Shown here piece after piece: positions 25,925-36,949 of a stretch of 64,000 nt of DNA; the first letter of the stretch is position 1, and each line of letters opens with the position of its first letter. Made by a program: the position numbers and the translations under genes. Source of the stretch: Oopsacas minuta (taxonomy: Eukaryota; Animalia; Porifera); contig JAKMXF010000088.1 of NCBI GenBank assembly GCA_024704765.1, forward strand, positions 186,001 through 250,000. The letters run 5' to 3'. The notes beneath the pieces were generated by a model. It was not told where the DNA came from and searched no databases. It saw only the letters and a program-made list of their open reading frames with translations.

Positions 25925-26605
25925 TATTCGATTTGACTATGAAGAATTTCGAAATCTTCATAAATAAAACTATTATTTGGTTATCACATACAGCGGATTA
26001 TTCTAGAACACTTTCAAGCATGATTAGTCAGTAATTCCACATAATGAAGCAATCAAATTAATATCAATTTATGGTAGAATTTGGCTATAAAATAGTAGAA
26101 ATTTTGAATCAGCCTTGAAATCGTACGAACTGAGTGTAGATTCTCTTCCAATCAAACAAAACATAATAGGACTAGAATCAAATATAAAAATACTGTAAAA
26201 ATTATAATATGTTACTCGTAGACAGATTTGACTACATTTTCTGCGTTTTGTCGAAATTTAATGCTCTAGAATGCGTTTCACCACGAATTTTACTAAAATT
26301 CTACTTTAGCGATATTTTATGCAAATAAAAATAATTTTTTGTTCCTTTACAAACAATTGGTAATTAGAAATAATTTCCATTAATAATATACCAAGTTGGG
26401 TTTCGAAAATCTTGGACAAATTCAGCAAAAAAGTACCGAAATTACCATATATGGAGATGAATTTGATTTGCGTCATTGTGGTGATAATTACTGACTAATC
26501 GTGCTCAAAAGTGTTCTAGATGTTTCCGCCGTGAGTGATAACCAAATAAGGGTTGTAAATTCATGAAGATTTGTGAATTTCTAAATGATCAAATTGATAG
26601 TAAAT
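25925..26605. repeat. Foldback-like element with ~200-bp diverged inverted arms
   Basis: The arm at ~25945-26130 (aaatcttcataaat..ttatttggttatcac..tctagaacacttt..gattagtcagtaatt) is mirrored at ~26400-26580. Boundaries are approximate. Confidence 0.75.
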
Positions 26606-26994
26606 ATATTGGATATTTCACAAAAGTTGCAACTCAATTGATTATCAAATGATATCTAGCGTTTTCTAACCTAGGCTTGGTGCCTTCCAGGAACCTATTT
26701 AGCGATGAGATTGCTAGGAGATTTGGATGTAACAACCTCGGTTGCTGGTTAGTACAATTCTTAAATGATCCCTCTCACAATTATCAACCATGCTTCTAGT
26801 ATATAATTGTGTCACCAGTGCACCACTAATTATAGAATCTATAGATTATGAATATCTTGAAAATTGATATCTTCCTGAAAGAGAATAGGTTCTACTGCTA
26901 GATTATCATATAGGGCAGTTTCTGGACTTAACATTCACTGAAAGTGAATGTTATAACGTATATCAATTAATTCATAAAATATCGATTTGGAATA

Positions 26995-29900
26995 ATGGCA
27001 GAAAAATCACACAAACGTGGAGAGATCATAACTAAGGAAATACTTCCTGGAGATATGTTAAAGTTACCTTCAGATATTTACGAAGCTGATGTCATTTCAA
27101 GAAAAAAGATATTACACCGAGGGATGCAAATGGTTGAGAACAGTTTGATAGCACACAGAACCTGTAATTCAGCTATAATATTCGTGTATGGATTAAGTGG
27201 AGCTGGTAAAACATCTTCACTGAATCATTTGTTTGGATTTGAGCTCATTAAAATAATTGATAAACATGCAGCTGACACCAAATTTGTAACAGAATATGTA
27301 GCGATAATGGAGAGTCAAGCTTGGAGGGTGAGTAATTTACAGATTGTATTCATAGATATGCCAGGTTGGAGTGATGGAAGAGAAGAGAGTCAAGATGTCC
27401 GGAATATGGCCTTGATTGATCAGTTTATCTCAAATCATCCTTTTCTTGGTTCTAACATCTACAAATGTTATCCAAATATTGTTATGATTGCAATCAATGC
27501 AAATGATACAAGATTAAAAGGTGAGAACTCGCAGATTGTACGCATGTTCCGTGCACTATCAAAGCTTAATGTTGTTGACAAGGACAGATCTAATATTCTC
27601 ATTATTCTGACACATGTCAATAATGTTGGAAAGAAGAGTTTCAAGGAAAGACTGAAGGAAATAATCGACATTGTAGAAGACTTAACAATTTGCTATCTAA
27701 AAGCTAAGCCTGTTATAGTTTACCTTGAAAACGATTATGAAGAACATGAGTTGGAACAAATTGGAGATTGGACTATTCTCAAAGATAAAACTCTACAACC
27801 AAAGAATGTGTTTGATGGAATGATTCAACTAACAAGCAAATACAAGGATGAGGTCGGACAAGAAGCGATACGACTATATTTTGCTTCTAGAGGCAGTAAC
27901 AGGCCTGTCATTAGATCACAATTAAAACATGAAGTAATCATGGAAGACCAAATTAGAAAATGGAAAATGATACTTGGACAAGAATTCTCTGCTCTACCCA
28001 TTAATGAAGTGAATGCAGCTCTACAGAAGTACGCAAAATCTAATCCAGATAAGTATTCAACTAACAGATTAGTGCTACTTATGATTGAGTTAGATGCTCA
28101 CTCACTCACAAAGTTAAATACTCTTTGGTCCATGAGGCTAAATCAGGTGCAAGAGGAATTAGATCCTTACAAACTGTCTCAGCTGGAGAATGAGGCCTTA
28201 TTAGAGGGTTGTGGGGTTAAGCCTTATCAGTTCCCAGATATCCTACAACACATGGGATATGGAATAAAGGCAGAAACAGGGGAAGTTACTACAAATCCAG
28301 TTCTCAATCTAGAGAGTGATTGGCATGTCCAGAATGGTGTGAGTTTACCAAAATCCTTGCAGGCAGTGATTCCCAAAAATAAAATACGTGTAGAATGGAA
28401 ACGAAAGAACGATGATTTCTCTATAACTGAGAACATTAATAAATACGTAGAATCAATGTCACAAACCTTAGCTAAATACCAATTTCAGATTCTCTATAAT
28501 ATCTACACGATTAGGGTTTATACTTCTGAAAAGAAAATATTGGAGACTGAACTTACCCCTGCATTCAAACAAGCAGTATCAGCATTACCAGAAAATAGCG
28601 TAGCAGAGAATAATCTTGTGAACAGAGAGTATTTCCATTTCTTCAATAATTATGGGGAATGGGTTATAGTTGGTTGTGAGTGTGGAGGCAATTTACACGG
28701 AGAGGTGGAGCTGGAAGAGAAGGAAGTCGTAAACACACAGAAACACATCAATACATACATTTACAATTTACTGGACAGATTGGATACTGAGGAAACTACA
28801 GCTACGAAAGAGAAAACGAGTGATAGTGCCAGCAAGTTAGATGAGACATTCGAGTCATTCGGAAGTATAAAACTGGAGTGGGAGGGAGGATATTTACATG
28901 GAAAACCTGTAACTCTCAACAATCTAACTGCAGAATTATGGACAAGATGGAGAAACTCTCTCTACAAGAATCCTCAAAGGTTGAATACTTATAGCTCGAG
29001 AGAAGAAACAAGCTTACCTATTCACCAATTCGTTTCACTACTAAGTATTGACACTAGTACTCAGGTTATATTAGCGTACCCAATTTACTATAAAGATGAA
29101 TTAATTGGCACACATCATAACCACTTAGATACTTGGAAAGATTGTCAACCAACAAATTCTAATTTGATAATATCTGATGAAACAGTTATAACGAAAAGAG
29201 AATCGGCATCTATTGCTTCAAAATCTCTTACACTCGATATCGCTAGTGGGGGATTTCCAGAAAATGCTACTGTGATAGAAGGCACTAGCAATTCTCACAA
29301 TGTAAGTGATATTAGTAAAATAAAACTAGGCGATAAAATACTTTGCAAAGATCCTTGGGAATTAAAATATAATGAAGTAATGAAAATTCATTGTAGTGAA
29401 GAAGGAAAGGAATTAGAATATCTGCACTTTATACATGAACATGGTGAATTTCTTATTGGACAGAAACATACTATTGTACGAAGTGTTTCCCATCCCATAG
29501 AGGCAATTGACATGGTCTTAGCAAATAACTTTCAGCAAGGAGAGTATTTACTTTTCTTAGATAAGAAACAAAATAGAGTAATTAAATCAAGGGTGAAAGA
29601 TATTAGAATTGAAAAAGGAAAGGGGCACTACTCTCTAAAGGTGGAGAATGGTATGGCAGATATTGCAGTAAATCAAGTTCTAACTGGCGATGAGGAAGAA
29701 GCTTGTTTCCCAGGAAATGCAGGTGTATCATCGAGAGGAGGAGAACAAGTAAGGATGGATGAATTGAAGATAGGGGATTATGTGCTAAGCATCCATCCTA
29801 CTACACACAAACCTGTTTATTCCCAAGTTTATCTCTGGGCACATAGAGATCCACACATCAAAGCCAAATTCCTCCACATCACACATCCTCAAGGACACCT

Positions 29901-30399
29901 GCACATCTCTGCTAACCATCTCATCTTGAGTGGAGACAAGAAGAGACCAGTAGCAGCTCATCAACTGCGAGTGGAAGACACTATCCACTTCCTGTCTCCT
30001 TACATACTACAGCAACAGCAGCTGAATGGTGAAGAGAGAAAAGAGAGAAATTATCATACACTAATCTCAGTGCCTGTATTAGAGATACACAGCTGTATAC
30101 AGATGGGATACTACGCTCCCTTCACCAAAAACGGACTGATTATAGTTGATAGCATAGCAGCTAGTGTGTACAGTGAGATCTCTACTCACTCTCTACTAGA
30201 CAGTAGCAGCAGCAGTTTATACAGTGTGGCTAGTGGAATTATACACCAGTTTGGTATACATAGGATGGGTCAGTATGTGTTGGCGCCTTTACGTGTAGGA
30301 TATAAGTTGGGTGTAGGGAGTGTACTCAGTAACCAAATGGATCCAAACACTCACATACACAAGTACTGCCAGTTGTTAATGAAGTATATCTCTCATTGA
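26995..30399 (+). CDS. GTPase - MACPF - Hint(degenerate) - Hint/Hog fusion protein, 1134 aa, intronless
   Basis: G1 GLSGAGKT (aa66-73), G3 DMPG (121-124), G4-like THVN (206-209). MACPF features GYG (~420), L-T-P-A-F, signature YGEWV-x6-GG (553-565) and W..SL..NP. Hint1 starts G753-F-P; Hint2 starts C904-F-P with SANH (972-975) and GYYAPFT..G.I.VD...ASVY. The tail includes HIHKYCQLL, which resembles a sterol-recognition region. Confidence 0.88.
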   Translation: MAEKSHKRGEIITKEILPGDMLKLPSDIYEADVISRKKILHRGMQMVENSLIAHRTCNSAIIFVYGLSGAGKTSSLNHLFGFELIKIIDKHAADTKFVTEYVAIMESQAWRVSNLQIVFIDMPGWSDGREESQDVRNMALIDQFISNHPFLGSNIYKCYPNIVMIAINANDTRLKGENSQIVRMFRALSKLNVVDKDRSNILIILTHVNNVGKKSFKERLKEIIDIVEDLTICYLKAKPVIVYLENDYEEHELEQIGDWTILKDKTLQPKNVFDGMIQLTSKYKDEVGQEAIRLYFASRGSNRPVIRSQLKHEVIMEDQIRKWKMILGQEFSALPINEVNAALQKYAKSNPDKYSTNRLVLLMIELDAHSLTKLNTLWSMRLNQVQEELDPYKLSQLENEALLEGCGVKPYQFPDILQHMGYGIKAETGEVTTNPVLNLESDWHVQNGVSLPKSLQAVIPKNKIRVEWKRKNDDFSITENINKYVESMSQTLAKYQFQILYNIYTIRVYTSEKKILETELTPAFKQAVSALPENSVAENNLVNREYFHFFNNYGEWVIVGCECGGNLHGEVELEEKEVVNTQKHINTYIYNLLDRLDTEETTATKEKTSDSASKLDETFESFGSIKLEWEGGYLHGKPVTLNNLTAELWTRWRNSLYKNPQRLNTYSSREETSLPIHQFVSLLSIDTSTQVILAYPIYYKDELIGTHHNHLDTWKDCQPTNSNLIISDETVITKRESASIASKSLTLDIASGGFPENATVIEGTSNSHNVSDISKIKLGDKILCKDPWELKYNEVMKIHCSEEGKELEYLHFIHEHGEFLIGQKHTIVRSVSHPIEAIDMVLANNFQQGEYLLFLDKKQNRVIKSRVKDIRIEKGKGHYSLKVENGMADIAVNQVLTGDEEEACFPGNAGVSSRGGEQVRMDELKIGDYVLSIHPTTHKPVYSQVYLWAHRDPHIKAKFLHITHPQGHLHISANHLILSGDKKRPVAAHQLRVEDTIHFLSPYILQQQQLNGEERKERNYHTLISVPVLEIHSCIQMGYYAPFTKNGLIIVDSIAASVYSEISTHSLLDSSSSSLYSVASGIIHQFGIHRMGQYVLAPLRVGYKLGVGSVLSNQMDPNTHIHKYCQLLMKYISH

Positions 30400-30553
30400 G
30401 TTTATATTTTGACACCTGTAATTAGGTCGTTTACTAATGATTAGCTAATTTTAATCATACTTGTCAATATTTTTATAATGAGCTGTCTAACCAGCAACCT
30501 AGGTTGCTAGAACTTTGTATATAGCAAACTAGGAGGTACATTTTCATTAATTA

Positions 30554-30950
30554 CGAGCCTTTAGCTCGTCGCTTCGCGATAAACTCAGCGCATTGCGCCT
30601 TGAGGTATCCATTATTCTCTAAATTGACGAACCTTTGAGTATTATAATATAGATATATTTAGAACAATGTAATGCACAAATTGACTTATTTTGTAAGATC
30701 ATCACCTTTGTCGCCGTTGAAGGAAGTATCTACTTGAATTTGAGATTTTGCAAATTTGTTTCCTTTATATTCATAAAAACAACAACACATTTACATATGA
30801 TTAAGTGAAGTTTTATTGAATTCTATTTACTTCCTTGATTAACAAGATAAATACATAGTTATGCGACAATTTCAAAATTGCATACCGAAATCCTTTCCTC
30901 GACAACGGACAAACAAACAAACAAACAACAATTGAGATTTAATAATATAG
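30554..30950 (-). mobile_element. Non-autonomous Helitron-like element, copy 1
   Basis: Reverse complement of the 31883..32347 element (with indels): 5' ctatattattaaatctcaattg, (tttg)n, and 3' gcgaagcgacgagctaaaggctcg|t. Confidence 0.7.
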
Positions 30951-30994
30951 CGCGCTTCGCTTGCTAGGTCGCTGCGCGAGGTTAGCTTAAATAT

Positions 30995-31210
30995 TATTCA
31001 AATTTCAAACTTCTATAATGTGTATTGGCTGAGCAGTGGTTAATAATGTGATTTTTTCAAAATCCAAAAGGTTGCCAATGACGTCATAATTTCGTCATGG
31101 GTTTGAATTTTCGTCCAAGACTCGAACTTGTCCGAGCCAGGCCCAAAATCAGCCCTTGGAGTCTTCCATTTTCTTCAATATATATACACATTTACACCTT
31201 TCTATGCAAA
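30995..31210 (+). repeat. Dispersed repeat (also at ~50089-50310 and partially at ~37801-37860)
   Basis: Shared text tattggctgagcagtggttaataa..aaaatccaaaa..aatgacgtcata..tgaattttcg.ccaagactcgaa..gccaggcccaaa..cagcccttgg.gtcttcc. Family not determined. Confidence 0.8.
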
Positions 31211-31882
31211 TACAAAAGCAAGCTAGAGATTAGGTTTCAACATCTTGTCAGGGGTAATTGGGTGCGTAGAGTCCGATTTTGAGAATTTCAGAGCTCATAA
31301 GTAACAAATTCGCAGATACGCCATTATATTTATGTTAATAGTTATTATATTAGTGCCAAATAATTAGAGAACTTAACTGCTTTATAGATGGCAAGTAATG
31401 CTGAAATAATTTGTTAACCTATTAGTTTGAATACATGTACTGTCGAGACAAGTACCACAGATTTCCTCTATGTACGCTAGGTATGCCCTCTCTTCTACCT
31501 TTACCAGAAATTCTATATCTGCCTTAGTTTAGATAATTGAATCGGGTTCAGACACAAAATTTGTATTTACCCAGCACGGAGAGTCAGCCCACCCAGAATT
31601 TCTCGTAGCCTCCCCCCTACTCTCGCATTCTGGCTACGGGCCTGCTTTGTTAGCCGGGACGGGATTTCAAACTCGGGGCAAAAATTATTCTACTATAGGA
31701 AGTGATGGTCCAAGGATCTGGCAAGCCCGGGGCCAGGACTTTCAAATCCGGAGCAAATGCTTCGTTTGCAACCATCCTGCCACTGCGTACCTCGATACTA
31801 AAAATCAGCCTCCAGCTTTTTCCCAACTCATGCGATCTTCCCCCCCCGTATATTCTAGAAGTTCGTGAATTGTCCTTTACAA

Positions 31883-32347
31883 TCTATATTATTAAATCTC
31901 AATAATTGTTTGTTTGTTTGTCCGTTGTCAAGGAAAGGATTTACGGTATGCAATTTTGAAATTGTCACATAACTATGTATTTATCGTGTTTATCAAGGAA
32001 GTAAATAGAATTCAATAAAACTTCACTAAATATATCGAAAATGCTGAGTCCGATTTCACACTTTTGGATTAATCATATGTAAATATATTGTTGTTTTTAT
32101 GAATATTTAGTAAACAAATTAGCCAAATCTCAAAATATACGTACAGGCTTGCTCTAAACGGCTATAAAGGGGGTTGATCTTAGAAAATATTTCAATAATA
32201 TATATGCGATATAAGTATATTTGTGAATTACATTGTTCTAAATATATCTATATTATAATACTCATAAGGGCCTTTAATTTGGAGAATAATGGATACCTCG
32301 AGGTGCAATGCGCCGAGTTCATTGCGAAGTGACGAGCCAAAGGCTCG
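31883..32347 (+). mobile_element. Non-autonomous Helitron-like element, copy 2
   Basis: Starts a|tctatattattaaatctc and ends with a GC-rich hairpin region followed by gagccaaaggctcg|t. Inserted between A and T with no TSD, as expected for Helitrons. Confidence 0.72.
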
Positions 32348-32649
32348 TGTATAATAAATACCGTCCGTGGTCCCAGTTCCCGAGGAAATTTCGGATAAGA
32401 AACAAGTAATTTAGTTCACATGACCATATATTGCAATAACTTTATATATCGCCATCAAATGTAATTTCTAGCATCATTATGAAAATGTACACAAAGGTGT
32501 GAAAATATGATTAGCCATCACTCATAGGATAAATCTGTGAATTAGAAACTTTCAGGCTCTGAAAATGTCAGAATCTGAAGCTACGCACCCAATTATCTCG
32601 GATGATTTATAATTTTCATAAAGAGATGTGAAAATATGATTAATCACCA

Positions 32650-32790
32650 AAAAGTGTGGAAAGAAAATTCATACCCCAGGGTACAAATTTCCGACTCAAA
32701 ATTTACATGTGTACCAATTATCATGTAAATCGGACTGCTAGATTTCGCACGGCAGCTCGGACGGACGTCCATATCGTCCATGCCATTAGG
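32650..32790 (-). repeat. DINE-1/Helentron-like repeat fragment (related copy at ~63175-63350, plus strand)
   Basis: Both copies share cgtccgtcc and tgcgaaatctagcagtccgatt. The (cgtc)n tract is typical of DINE-like elements. Confidence 0.55.
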
Positions 32791-32925
32791 TATAGGCGCC
32801 AGAACTCAATTTGGTCAGGGTGGGTTAAACACATGTAAATCCTAAATTTTTATTTAGCGGATTTTGGATACAATTTATTGTGTTTACTAACAAATCTAAT
32901 CTATATTATATATGATACTAACAAG

Positions 32926-33346
32926 CAGGGCGTTTGGATAGTACGATCATTCATCGCTCGATCACGATCGCGATACTTTTTTGATGATCTGGCGACGATC
33001 GGCGATCATTTTTTTATTAAGGATCGGATGTAAGATTGCGATCCCTTTTTGCACAAAAATTTTCGATAATTTTTTGATCATTTTTGTATACTTTGAATTC
33101 TACTATCATTAGCGCTTTTATACTTGGGTAATTGTTCCAAATTTGTGTTCATCAATCAGTAATATTCGTTCATAGAATGCTTTGATTCTCCACCCATGTT
33201 TCTTTTGGCACAAGAAATGATGTAACTATCAAAAATATATGTCTTGAATATTACACAAACGATCGGCAAAATGATCGCGATAGTTTTTGAAATAAGGATC
33301 TTGATCGGGATCGCGATCTAGTTTAACACGATCGACTAATGCCTTA
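32926..33346. mobile_element. hAT MITE with 8-bp TSD
   Basis: TSD ctaacaag at 32918-32925 and 33347-33354, degenerate TIRs cagggcgttt / (reverse complement) taaggcatta, and many gatcg subterminal motifs. Confidence 0.8.
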
Positions 33347-34022
33347 CTAACAAGTCTATATCCTAGGTAATAAGTTAATATTTGTAAGAATTTTTAAGAT
33401 ATAGTGATGTGAGATTAAATAAATCTAGTAATACACTTAGTTCAATTAAATTTCTAATAGAATTTCGAACCTGAGACAAAACTTATTACAACTAGGAATA
33501 ATTATCTACAAGTATAAATATATATGCTCAAAGAAACCAATGTAAGTGCTCTAGTTATATTCGATAACACTTGCCACATGACCTCAATAGATAATACTAA
33601 TTAAAATTATAACACTTACATTTAGAAAATACATGTCTGGGGATAAATGCAAGTAGGGTAATTGACAAGTGACAACCAATATTTATCTCGGCAATGAACA
33701 AATCTGAGTGGGTAAAACACACACTAAAAATATCAGAGTGGGTCAAAACCCACCCTACCTACCCTGTTTAGGCGCCCCTGCCATTAGGGTATCTTCCTAC
33801 AGAAGCTGCACTAATATGACAAGTCGATAACTGGCGGTTACACCTCGGGGTCCTTTCCATTAATGTACAACTAGATTTCTCACTGCCGATCGGACAGGAC
33901 AGAATTCACGGAAGTACTGATGTTGTGTGCCAATAGGACACCTCCATATAGGAGCTGCACAAAATCATTTTTCTATATTATTATATATTAATAAGTGAAA
34001 GACTGGAAATATTCGAAATATA

Positions 34023-34349
34023 TTATACTTTTTGCAAATTTGCAATTCTATTTCTTCTCTCTTCAAACCTTTTTATTAGGCTAATAATAGAGAATTTGTG
34101 AGGAGAAAACACCCATTTAGATTTATCAGAGTATTCTACTTCAATACTAGGAACAGAGAAATCCTGCTTAACTATTATCTGTAATATCGCACGTGTATTT
34201 GTCCTCCGTAGAGATCTGGTCTGTAGCATTGTAATCAGCATACGTGCATTCTGAGAGGTAGCACTGAATGGAGAGAACAGAATCATTATCCTTGTGATGT
34301 ACTCAAGAGAAGCTAGCTTAGGATTAGAAACTATCTTTCCAAGAGGCAT
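34023..34349 (-). CDS. MRPL53: Probable mitochondrial ribosomal protein mL53
   Basis: ITRIMILFSPFSATSQNARMLI..RRTN..IVKQDFSVPSIEVEYSD matches the mL53 pattern (V.V.F.PF..R.FL..R.TN..V.HD.S.P.V.V.F.DG), and the length (108 aa) fits. Confidence 0.7.
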   Translation of the reverse strand: MPLGKIVSNPKLASLEYITRIMILFSPFSATSQNARMLITMLQTRSLRRTNTRAILQIIVKQDFSVPSIEVEYSDKSKWVFSPHKFSIISLIKRFEERRNRIANLQKV

Positions 34350-36029
34350 TGATAATAATAATTGAATACTTTACCTAAAAGCTACAATAGGTGGAAAAGA
34401 TATGTTACATGTTGCCAATGGATAAATTGTTGAAGAAAAGTTGCAGAATTTTCGAGTGCTTTAAGGCATATTTGCGTATTCGCTAGCACAAATTAAGATG
34501 TAATTTACATACTATACTGTAGTTCAGACTTTAGGATATTCCCTTCTTGCAATCTTTTCATGCAATATTAAACTTCTATATTATATAATACTAAAAATAC
34601 TGGACTTTCAGTAGTTCTAATAAATAGGATTGCTCCTCCAACCCGCATATCACGCACTCCTCAACGGCCAGTGGTATGTAAGGCGAAGCAGGTACAATCG
34701 ACTGCTGGTGGGCTGCAAGCCATGGTTCACCCAAGCTACAGGACCCATCAGCTAGTAACAAAAACACGGAGGTCGCACACAATCGCCTCCACACCCGACA
34801 ACGACCAAAATACGCTCAAAAACGAGCCTACAAATCACAAGACCCCACGCCACTCTAAATTCTTCGACGAGTTGCCCGATCTAACCAACCTCAGAATCTC
34901 GACTGAGCCACAAAGACCTGAGACGCCCCCCTTCCAAACAACATCACCATTGCAAACAAACACCTAGCACTAACAACAACAAATAAATCTAACATAAGCA
35001 AGAGACATTGTCTTAGCTAATCTCGAACACTCTAGCCACTATACTAAACAAAATTCTCAACTTTGATGAATATTTTTCTTGGAAGATCCAACCCCAAACA
35101 AACTCACGTTCCCTAAAAGCTAGCAATAGCCCAAGCTATTGATTCACTAACGTCCTCTGTCTCACAACCCATCAAAACTTTTTATATCAAATTACTGCAT
35201 TGGCAGCAGCTACATACGAATAATTAGGACTAGACATACCAGACGTGTAATGTTCTATTGAACTTACCTGAGTTCCAAGACTCTAATGCAGGCCCTCCAC
35301 ATGGATCAGGACATAAGGGTACACAAATTTCTGACACACTTCTACAAATAAAACTGAGATTCGCAACTGCGACCTATTCACAACTATTGAGAAGAAAACA
35401 TTTCCCAAGCTACGTTCCTATGCAGCAGCAGCAAGCAACAGACTATCCATAGCAGCAAAAGCTAAAAAGATCCTTCATCTTAAACCTATTGTTCCTGCAC
35501 ATACCCCTGTGCCAAATGTCTAACCACCGCAACTATTCTTACAAGAACGGACAAGAAATACACGGTCAACTGGCAATTGCACCACGCTACAAATCACTGG
35601 ACGAGTACGCCAAACACTCCTACTGGCCCTACGTAAATCAAACGCACAAACACATTCCTTACAAAAAAAAAAACTTACAGAAGTATACACCTACAAAGGA
35701 CTAGTAGACATCAGTAGACCTGTATAATAGTGAATCATAAGAACACAGTAACAAGCTGCGTAGCAACTCACCCTCCGCCACCCTATCACTCCTACTATAC
35801 AATATCATCCATACCTCACTCAACCAACACGTATTTGAGACAATTATGGAATTAAGCCAACCTGGACCCTGGACCCTCTGAGCACATCTACACAGCTGAT
35901 AAGAAACATCGATGTACAGCTATTCTTGTCACATAGTAAAGGAGTGTAATATTGTGCAGCTGTACCAGTTGTTTAGATGTTTAGGTATTTAGATGTTTAT
36001 GTTTAGATTTTGTTACATAATTATATTAA

Positions 36030-36942
36030 TACTGCTTAGTGAATACAAATTTACTCTGCTAATACATTAGTCATCTGGAGCCATCTAGAATATCGTCTGG
36101 AAAACCCATCAATAACTTCAGAAATTTTGACAGGGATGTCATAGCGTATGAGCATAAGAGCTAATCCAGCGAATCGATTCGTCCCCATCGATGATCGTAA
36201 GAAGGTTTTTATTCGTTTCAAAGAACTAAAAGATCTCTCTGCCATACAGCCCAGTAATTCCTGAATCGCACTCTAAGAAGTTAATGAAGTCTTCCCTTAT
36301 CAACCCAGTGTAAGAATCCACATACCTCAATACAAGACTCAACATTTCCTTGTTGGAAAGATCGATAACTTCATCAGCAATAACTGTAAACCATTTTGCT
36401 ATTTTCACTTTGTCAAGTAGTCTACACTGAATGTGATTGGAGATGACATCAATAATTTGGTTTGGATAACTGACAATGTATATATTGCGTTTTTGGGCGA
36501 GGGTTTGAGAAGCTCTTGGAGTATTGTTAAGGAGAGGCTGCTTTGGAGTAGATGGGACACAATCGCTATCGTCATCATGACAATATCTTCGATACCATCG
36601 TCTGAAACAGGAGAGAGATCCTGTGAAATTAATTCCGTCACATCTGAAGTAGATTGTGGGTGGAGATCATGTACAAGGTCTGATTCTTCCACTTTCAAGT
36701 ATTTCTTGATTTAGAGATACTGACTGGAAATACTCTGTATAGACATCAATTCAGAATAAAATAAGCTAATTTTCACACAATATCGAACAATAATTGTGAA
36801 AATTTGATAGCATTCTGTAGATAAGATTCCAAAAGCTCTGCGTTATTAAGGAAAATCGAATTATAAATAACAACATATCCCTTTTGGAAACCAGTTATGA
36901 GGGGGTGTTTGAACAACCAAATCCCCCCTGGATACGCCACTG
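36030..36942 (-). mobile_element. Internally deleted hAT (ZMYM1/P52rIPK-like) transposon fragment
   Basis: Terminus cagtggcgtatccagggggg (reverse complement ending at 36942). ORF remnants KNAIYTLS, FTVIADEVIDLSNKEMLSLVLRYVD and the dimerisation motif AERSFSSLKRIKTFLRSSM. Confidence 0.82.
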
Positions 36943-36949
36943 AAGTACC

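Noticed and set aside
29704-30180. Hint2 as a true intein
   Set aside because: It has no C-terminal His-Asn followed by a Cys/Ser/Thr extein residue and no homing endonuclease. Block F and the tail match Hedgehog Hog domains.
34600-35900. C/A-rich coding-like stretch as a retroelement or gene
   Set aside because: It has strand-biased composition and short ORFs, but no RT, endonuclease or integrase motif I can recognise. It is probably a decayed retroelement and is left unannotated.
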